NCBI GenBank assembly: GCA_963666985.2
Contig: CAXXIA010000002.1
Span: 224,001-288,000 of the forward strand
DNA: 64,000 bases
Reading direction: 5' to 3'
Origin: Spirochaetia bacterium
GTDB taxonomy: Bacteria > Spirochaetota > Spirochaetia > DSM-2461
Both the position numbers and the translations under genes were made by a program. Below are positions 58,675 through 64,000 of this stretch, in pieces (the first letter of the stretch is position 1; each line of letters begins with the position of its first letter). Below the pieces are notes generated by a model, which saw nothing but the letters and a program-made list of their open reading frames with translations, was not told the DNA's origin and did not search any database.

Positions 58675-59394
58675 ATGAAAACGTTACTCGTCATCTCCGC
58701 CGTCGTCTTGCTTGCATCCTGCGCCACGATTCCGGATTCTCAAGCCGCGATGACGGCGGAAAAATATATCCGCGGCGAGCACATCGTCGGGATTCTCTTG
58801 AAAGAAGCCGAAGAATGGAACGAGTTTTTAGAGATTCCTATTGAGGTTCGGGAACTTTCTTATCTCCATCTGATCATCCTGATTCCCCCGGAATGGACGG
58901 GCGGTGAATCCAACCCTTCTTCGGGTTCCTGGATTGTCCGCTACAGTCTTACGGGAGCCCCCGAGAATTTCTGGTACAACGTCGCGTTCCAAGCGATTCC
59001 CGGAGGAACCCCTCATGTTGTTCCCATGGCCATGGGCGAAAGCTTAACCACCAGAGAGCTTTTTGATGATGCGATCCGCGATGTCCTTTCTGCCGCCCGA
59101 ATGAAACTTCGGGAAGACGGATATGAAGTCCGCATCGAAGCCGCAGGGCCATGGAAACCCGTTGTTGCCTACACATTCCTGGTGACATCTCCAAATCTCA
59201 CAACAGGCAGTGCGGCCGAAGGCGCCTGGAGGGAAAAATGGATTGTCCGTATGAATCGTATGGACACCGAGGTTTGGCTTGACTTCCTGCCGGACGGCGA
59301 GGGAGGTACGAATATCGTGGTAACCGTTGAAACGGAGGAGCGTTCGGAAGGGCCGATGCCGCTTCAAGCGGCTCCCGATTTCGAATCGGCGTAA
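58675..59394 (+). CDS. Hypothetical lipoprotein
   Basis: MKTLLVISAVVLLASC lipobox; GGGGAG RBS. Confidence 0.75.
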   Translation: MKTLLVISAVVLLASCATIPDSQAAMTAEKYIRGEHIVGILLKEAEEWNEFLEIPIEVRELSYLHLIILIPPEWTGGESNPSSGSWIVRYSLTGAPENFWYNVAFQAIPGGTPHVVPMAMGESLTTRELFDDAIRDVLSAARMKLREDGYEVRIEAAGPWKPVVAYTFLVTSPNLTTGSAAEGAWREKWIVRMNRMDTEVWLDFLPDGEGGTNIVVTVETEERSEGPMPLQAAPDFESA

Positions 59395-59479
59395 AGAACA
59401 GCCGATTAAAGCCGTGCCGTGAAACAGCCCCACGCAAGCAAACAGTCCGAAGTACCAGCCATTGGAGTATAAATTCGAT

Positions 59480-59510
59480 AAAAAAGGACGGCCTTTATCG
59501 ACCGTCCTTT
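59480..59510. terminator. Intrinsic terminator between the convergent lipoprotein and thrS genes
   Basis: AAAAAAGGACGG...CCGTCCTTT. Confidence 0.7.
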
Positions 59511-59534
59511 GATTTCATTGCCAATTAAACCTTC

Positions 59535-61295
59535 TTAGGGCATTTCCTTCTTCTCGATTTTCTCCAGAATCATCGCGATCGCTTCATCCAGGCCCAGATC
59601 GATCTTCTCGCCGGTGCGCACTCGGATACTCACCGACTTCTCTTCGGCTTCCCTGCCGCCCACCACGAGCATGTAGGGAACCTTCTGCGTCTGATGATGG
59701 CGAATCTTGGCGTTCATCCGGTCGTTGCCCAAATCGGCCTCGGTTCGGATTCCGGCAGCCTTGAGCGCTTTATTCACCTCGGCGGCATAATCGTCGAAGG
59801 TCGGAGCCACCGGAATAACCACGGCCTGAACCGGCGAAAGCCAAACAGGGAAGGCACCGCCGTAATTCTCAATCAGCACGCCGAAGAACCGCTCCAAACT
59901 TCCCAAAAGGGCCCTATGAATCATATAGGGGCGCTTCTCCTGACCATCCTTATCGGTGAAGGTCATGTTGAAGCGCTCCGGCAGATTAAAGTCGAACTGA
60001 ATCGTGGAAAGCTGCCAGGAACGCCCCAGGGCGTCTTTCACCTTCAGGTCGATCTTCGGCCCGTAGAACGCGCCGCCTCCCTCGTCGATATCGTACTCCA
60101 GCCCTTCGGTCTCCAAGGCTTCCTTCAGGGACTCCTGGGCCGCCACCCATCTGGCCGGATCTCCCACCGCCTTCTCCGGACGGGTGGAAAGATAGGCCGA
60201 AATGTCCTCGAATCCGAAGGAGCGCAGCATGAAGAGGCTGAAGCGGAGCACTTCCAGGATTTCATCCTGCATCTGCTCGGGAGTACAGATAAGATGGGCA
60301 TCATCCTGTGTGAATCCCCGCACCCGCATCAGACCGTGAAGAGTTCCCGAGCGCTCGTAGCGGTACACGGTTCCCAGTTCCGCCCAGCGGTAAGGCAAGT
60401 CGCGGTAGGAATGCTTTCCGTTGTTGTAAATCATCACATGGAAGGGACAGTTCATGGGCTTGGCGTAATAATCGGCCTTGTCCATCACCATGTTCGGATA
60501 CATGCCTTCGGCGTAAAAATCCAAGTGCCCCGAAGTTTCCCAGAGCCAGCTCTTGCCGACATGCGGCGTAAAGACAATCTCGTAGCCGTTCTTGTAATGC
60601 TCCTTGCGCCAGAAATCCTCCACGGCCACCCGAATGCGGCCGCCTTTGGGATGCCAGTACACAAGTCCCGGACCGGCCTCCTCATGGAGAGAGAACAAAT
60701 CCAGTTCCTTGCCCAGCCGCCGATGATCGCGCCGTTCGAGTTCTTCCAGATGTTCCAGATGAGCTTTGAGCTGTTTCGGATCGCCCCAGGCCGTGCCGTA
60801 GATGCGCTGCAGCATGGGACGCTTCTCATCACCCCGCCAGTAGGCGCCCGCGATGGAAAGAAGCTTAAAGCCCTGAGCGTTCAATCGGCCGGTCGATTCC
60901 ACGTGGGGACCGCGGCAGAGATCAACAAAATCTCCCATCGTGTAGAGGGAAATCTCCTCGTCCTTGGGCAGATCGTTAATCAACTCAATCTTGTAGGGCT
61001 GATCCGCGAAGCGTTCCAGAGCCGCATCGCGCGAAACCACATCCTTTTCAAAGGGAAGATCGGCCTTGATGAGCTCGGCCATGTGGCCTTCAATCACCTC
61101 CAGATCTTCGGGGGTGAGTTTCCGCGGTAAATCGAAATCGTAGTAAAAACCGTTTTCAATGGCCGGACCGATGGCGATTTTTGCCTCGGGAAACACCTTC
61201 AGCACGCCCGCGGCCATCACGTGCGCCATGGAGTGGCGCATCCGCTGGAGTTTTTCCAGCTTTTTCCGATCCTTGTCGGAGAGCTTTTCGCTCAT
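59535..61295 (-). CDS. thrS: Threonine--tRNA ligase
   Basis: RHSMAHVMA, DLCRGPH, RDHRRLG, KPMNCPFH, RVRGFTQDDAH, GAFYGPKID. Start MSEKLS after GGAGGT. Confidence 0.97.
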   Translation of the reverse strand: MSEKLSDKDRKKLEKLQRMRHSMAHVMAAGVLKVFPEAKIAIGPAIENGFYYDFDLPRKLTPEDLEVIEGHMAELIKADLPFEKDVVSRDAALERFADQPYKIELINDLPKDEEISLYTMGDFVDLCRGPHVESTGRLNAQGFKLLSIAGAYWRGDEKRPMLQRIYGTAWGDPKQLKAHLEHLEELERRDHRRLGKELDLFSLHEEAGPGLVYWHPKGGRIRVAVEDFWRKEHYKNGYEIVFTPHVGKSWLWETSGHLDFYAEGMYPNMVMDKADYYAKPMNCPFHVMIYNNGKHSYRDLPYRWAELGTVYRYERSGTLHGLMRVRGFTQDDAHLICTPEQMQDEILEVLRFSLFMLRSFGFEDISAYLSTRPEKAVGDPARWVAAQESLKEALETEGLEYDIDEGGGAFYGPKIDLKVKDALGRSWQLSTIQFDFNLPERFNMTFTDKDGQEKRPYMIHRALLGSLERFFGVLIENYGGAFPVWLSPVQAVVIPVAPTFDDYAAEVNKALKAAGIRTEADLGNDRMNAKIRHHQTQKVPYMLVVGGREAEEKSVSIRVRTGEKIDLGLDEAIAMILEKIEKKEMP

Positions 61296-61654
61296 GAGTA
61301 CCTCCGGAATCGGAGGAGTACGGCAGGGTTTTTGGGTGATCCCCAAAGCCGTCTCATCCGATCCTATTACAGATCGTGAGGACGACTGCCTAAAGCGGCC
61401 GCGGTACCACCCCACTTCGCATCGATTATGGTTCCTCGCATCGATACGCACTCTCGCCCCGTTTCGTGGGGAGACGATCCGGTCTACTAAGCGGTGCGCG
61501 TTTCCAAGAAAAACGCAGCGCCGTTCGGCGGATGGCTCGGGAGGGGTTTTCAACCGGTTCGGGACAGCCGCCTTTCAGCCCGGCCGTAAAAAAACGGCGC
61601 CGTGCGGCTTCTCTTTCGACCCAAAGAACGATTTACTCGTCTCCGTCGCTGCCT
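61296..61654 (-). ncRNA. T-box riboswitch leader with a Thr (ACC) specifier
   Basis: AGTA bulge, AGAGA and GCTGAAAG boxes, GAA-a-ACC specifier (61547-61545), GGGTGGTACCGCG T-box (61412-61400), CGTCCTC. TTGACA upstream at 61692-61687. Confidence 0.88.
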
Positions 61655-61722
61655 GTATATGCGAATATCGGAATCTGAGCCGTTTCTGTCAAGAGCACGC
61701 GGCCTTCAAGAGCCCTATTCTT

Positions 61723-62748
61723 CTAATAAGTCCACAAAGCGCAGAACTCAAGTCCTATTCTGTAAAAAGAAAAACCGGCCACACCGGCCGTAGAAAAAGA
61801 AAGCCCGGAATCATAGTTGTATCTTCCCAAACCTTTGGTTTCAATCAACGTTACGTACGTCGCCTTCAGATCCGCGGAAAAATTACCGGAAGTGCGAAAC
61901 CCCGTTCGAACGGCTAAATCGATCCAGGGACCGCCGACGGCCGAATCATAAATATTCAAGCCGCGAAAAATATGATGGTCATGAGAAAAAGCGAGAACCG
62001 GTCCGGCTTTGGCGGTCAATTCCAAAAAAGGTATCCGCCAGTCCAATTTCGCACTGATGATTCCAAGAAGCGCGTGATAAGCAACCTGATAATCGATACC
62101 GTTTTCTCCGTAATAGGATGAACTCATTTCGGTATTCCGAAATCCATCTTCGGGATAGGTTCCGAACGGTGCGGGATAATCGCCATATTCGTAATAGGTT
62201 GAATACACCGAATCCACCACCTTATCGGTCCAGGCCCACCAATCCAAGTGGTAGCCGAATCCGCAGGAGAGGGTAAAAAACCGCCTCTCCATCACGTTCC
62301 ATAAACCGTCGACATCCAGAAGAAAACCCCAGCGAAGAGTCACGTCGCTCAAAGACCAATGGCTCCAGTCCCGGTCGGTGTAAAACCAGTCGTAATCTTC
62401 CATCTGTCCGACAGGCAAGCCCGGACAGGCGGCATCCAGGCCGAGATTCAAAACAAACTGTTTTCCCGAGTTCCACCGGGCCTCGATTCCTACGGTGGGA
62501 ACGTTCATCAAATCCCAAAGAAGAAGACTTAAATACTCGTTCTGATTTTCAACGCCGCTTGTATCGTAAACGATTTCGGAGGCCCGGCCCCAATGAATGC
62601 CGGCGGTCGGGCCCAAAACCCATCCTTTCTCTTCCTCATCGGCCCAAAGCCCGCAGGAAAGTCCCAAAAATAAAACAAAGATAAAAATCAGGGACCGGCC
62701 GGTAGATCTCTTAAGCAAGTTTTCCGAAAATCGCGAAAAAAACATCAT
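61723..62748 (-). CDS. Omptin-family outer-membrane protease
   Basis: Signal peptide, ASEIVY, LSLLLWD, GQMEDYDW, DHH; C-terminal aromatic residue. Confidence 0.7.
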   Translation of the reverse strand: MMFFSRFSENLLKRSTGRSLIFIFVLFLGLSCGLWADEEEKGWVLGPTAGIHWGRASEIVYDTSGVENQNEYLSLLLWDLMNVPTVGIEARWNSGKQFVLNLGLDAACPGLPVGQMEDYDWFYTDRDWSHWSLSDVTLRWGFLLDVDGLWNVMERRFFTLSCGFGYHLDWWAWTDKVVDSVYSTYYEYGDYPAPFGTYPEDGFRNTEMSSSYYGENGIDYQVAYHALLGIISAKLDWRIPFLELTAKAGPVLAFSHDHHIFRGLNIYDSAVGGPWIDLAVRTGFRTSGNFSADLKATYVTLIETKGLGRYNYDSGLSFSTAGVAGFSFYRIGLEFCALWTY

Positions 62749-62879
62749 TATGGATTCCACGCAAGCGCTTTTTCTTTTACTGATTCCCAAAAGTTCCTCC
62801 TTAAGCGACTTGCCCGGCGTACCCCGACGCCGTACTTTAAATCCATCGGTATTATATCACACGGCGACGGAGGATTATC

Positions 62880-63334
62880 ATGCTGCAAAAAGGCGATAAA
62901 GCACCGCAATTTACACTCAAAGACGATGAAGAACGTGAGGTTTCACTCTCCGACTTTGCCGGTAAAACAATCGTTGTCTATTTCTACCCGAAGGACAACA
63001 CTCCCGGCTGTACGAAGGAAGCGTGTGCTTTCCGCGATGTGTATGACGATATTCTGGCACAAGGCGGCGTTGTTCTGGGCATCAGCGCCGATTCAGCGAA
63101 AAGCCATGCGAATTCAAAAAGAAATTCGATTTGCCCTTTCATCTCTTAAGCGATCCGGAGAAAGAAGTCATTCAATCCTACGGCGCCTGGGGGAAGAAAA
63201 AGAATTACGGAAGGGAATACATGGGACTCATCCGCTCCACCTTCGTCGTCGGTCCGGACGGCACTATTCTCAAGGTTTTTCCCAAGGTAAAACCCGACGA
63301 TCATGCGGCTGAGATTCTGGAACTGCTTTCGTGA
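62880..63334 (+). pseudogene. bcp: Peroxiredoxin Bcp, frameshifted near 63111 (possible sequencing error)
   Basis: YFYPKDNTPGCTKEAC in one frame, LLSDP...RSTFVV in another. One added base gives SHAKFKKKFDLPF. Confidence 0.85.
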
Positions 63335-64000
63335 TTCTCTTCCGCAGCGCCCACGTCCCCATGGGGCGGGATAAACGCCTTCATATCGGCGAATGGACCC
63401 TTTCACCCGGAGAACTGTGGGTTATCGCCGGTTCCGGCGGTACGGGAAAAAGCTCCCTTGCCAGGGCCGTTGCCGGCGTACCCGATTCCTCGGGACGTCC
63501 TCCCCGGGTGCCGGGTCTGGAGAGGCGGCCTCCGAACAACACCGAAGGTGCCTGGATTTCTTTCGACCGGGAACGGGAAATCCGAGCGGAATTACGGCGC
63601 GACGATGATTCGGAATGGTCGGGCGGCCCCGACGAAGGAACCGCTCTGGATGCCTTTCTCGGGGGAGCGGAAGCCCGCTCGCTTCTCTCGCCCGAACTGC
63701 TGCGGAAACTTGAAGGTCGGGGCATCAGACATCTTTCAACAGGCGAGTTCAGGCAGGTTCTCATCGCCCGGGAAGCCGCGCGCCATCCGTCTCTGGCGGT
63801 GCTGGACGAACCCTTTGAAGGATTGGACGCGGAGGCTCGCCTCCGCTTAAGGACGCAGATTTCCGAATGGGCCAAAGGCGAAGGCATCATCGTTTTAACG
63901 GTCAACCGACGCGAAGACATTCCGGATTTCGCTTCGGGGCTGCTGCTTCTCGACGATTCGGGCGTTGCCGCTCTCGGCTCTCCCGGCGAAATCCTCAAAT
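63331..64000 (+). CDS. ModF-like ABC ATP-binding protein (runs off the window end)
   Basis: Not in the ORF track. From GTG 63331: WVIAGSGGTGKSSLA...LSTGEFRQVLIA...LDEPFEGLD. Confidence 0.8.
   Translation, partial: MILFRSAHVPMGRDKRLHIGEWTLSPGELWVIAGSGGTGKSSLARAVAGVPDSSGRPPRVPGLERRPPNNTEGAWISFDREREIRAELRRDDDSEWSGGPDEGTALDAFLGGAEARSLLSPELLRKLEGRGIRHLSTGEFRQVLIAREAARHPSLAVLDEPFEGLDAEARLRLRTQISEWAKGEGIIVLTVNRREDIPDFASGLLLLDDSGVAALGSPGEILK

Noticed and set aside
59694..61130. 478-aa + strand ORF
   Set aside because: Antisense shadow of thrS.
61296..61553. 86-aa N-terminal extension of ThrS in the ORF track
   Set aside because: This is the T-box leader; the real start is ATG 61295 with a GGAGGT RBS.

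Overview
Bacterial chromosomal window, most likely from a spirochaete (class Spirochaetia, judged from the 16S 5' sequence and the tRNA-Ile in the 16S-23S spacer). From left to right it holds: a putative osmoadaptation cluster (GH13_18 phosphorylase, two GT-B glycosyltransferases, Trk/Ktr), SdpR/SdpI-like genes, an Fe/B12-type ABC importer, guaC, a ppk2 interrupted by an in-frame stop, and TauE-Rrf2. Next come a complete V/A-type ATPase operon bracketed by two PTS EIIA proteins, an AT-richer beta-glucoside/oligosaccharide uptake island, a full rRNA operon on the minus strand, pgsA, an M32 carboxypeptidase, a GntR-ABC operon, thrS with a T-box leader, an omptin, bcp and a ModF-like ATPase. The most unusual structure is a 904-bp direct repeat of the 23S 3' end + spacer + 5S (42832-43735 and 46590-47493). 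The repeats flank a 2.85-kb cassette that is truncated at both ends and carries an intact CotH-kinase lipoprotein plus broken porin and DUF4956 genes. Other notable items are four hexamer repeats phased at 10 bp over the V-ATPase promoter, a conserved hairpin downstream of each rRNA type, a two-copy MITE, and a T-box that looks translational. Everything was read by eye; no database searches or computations were run.
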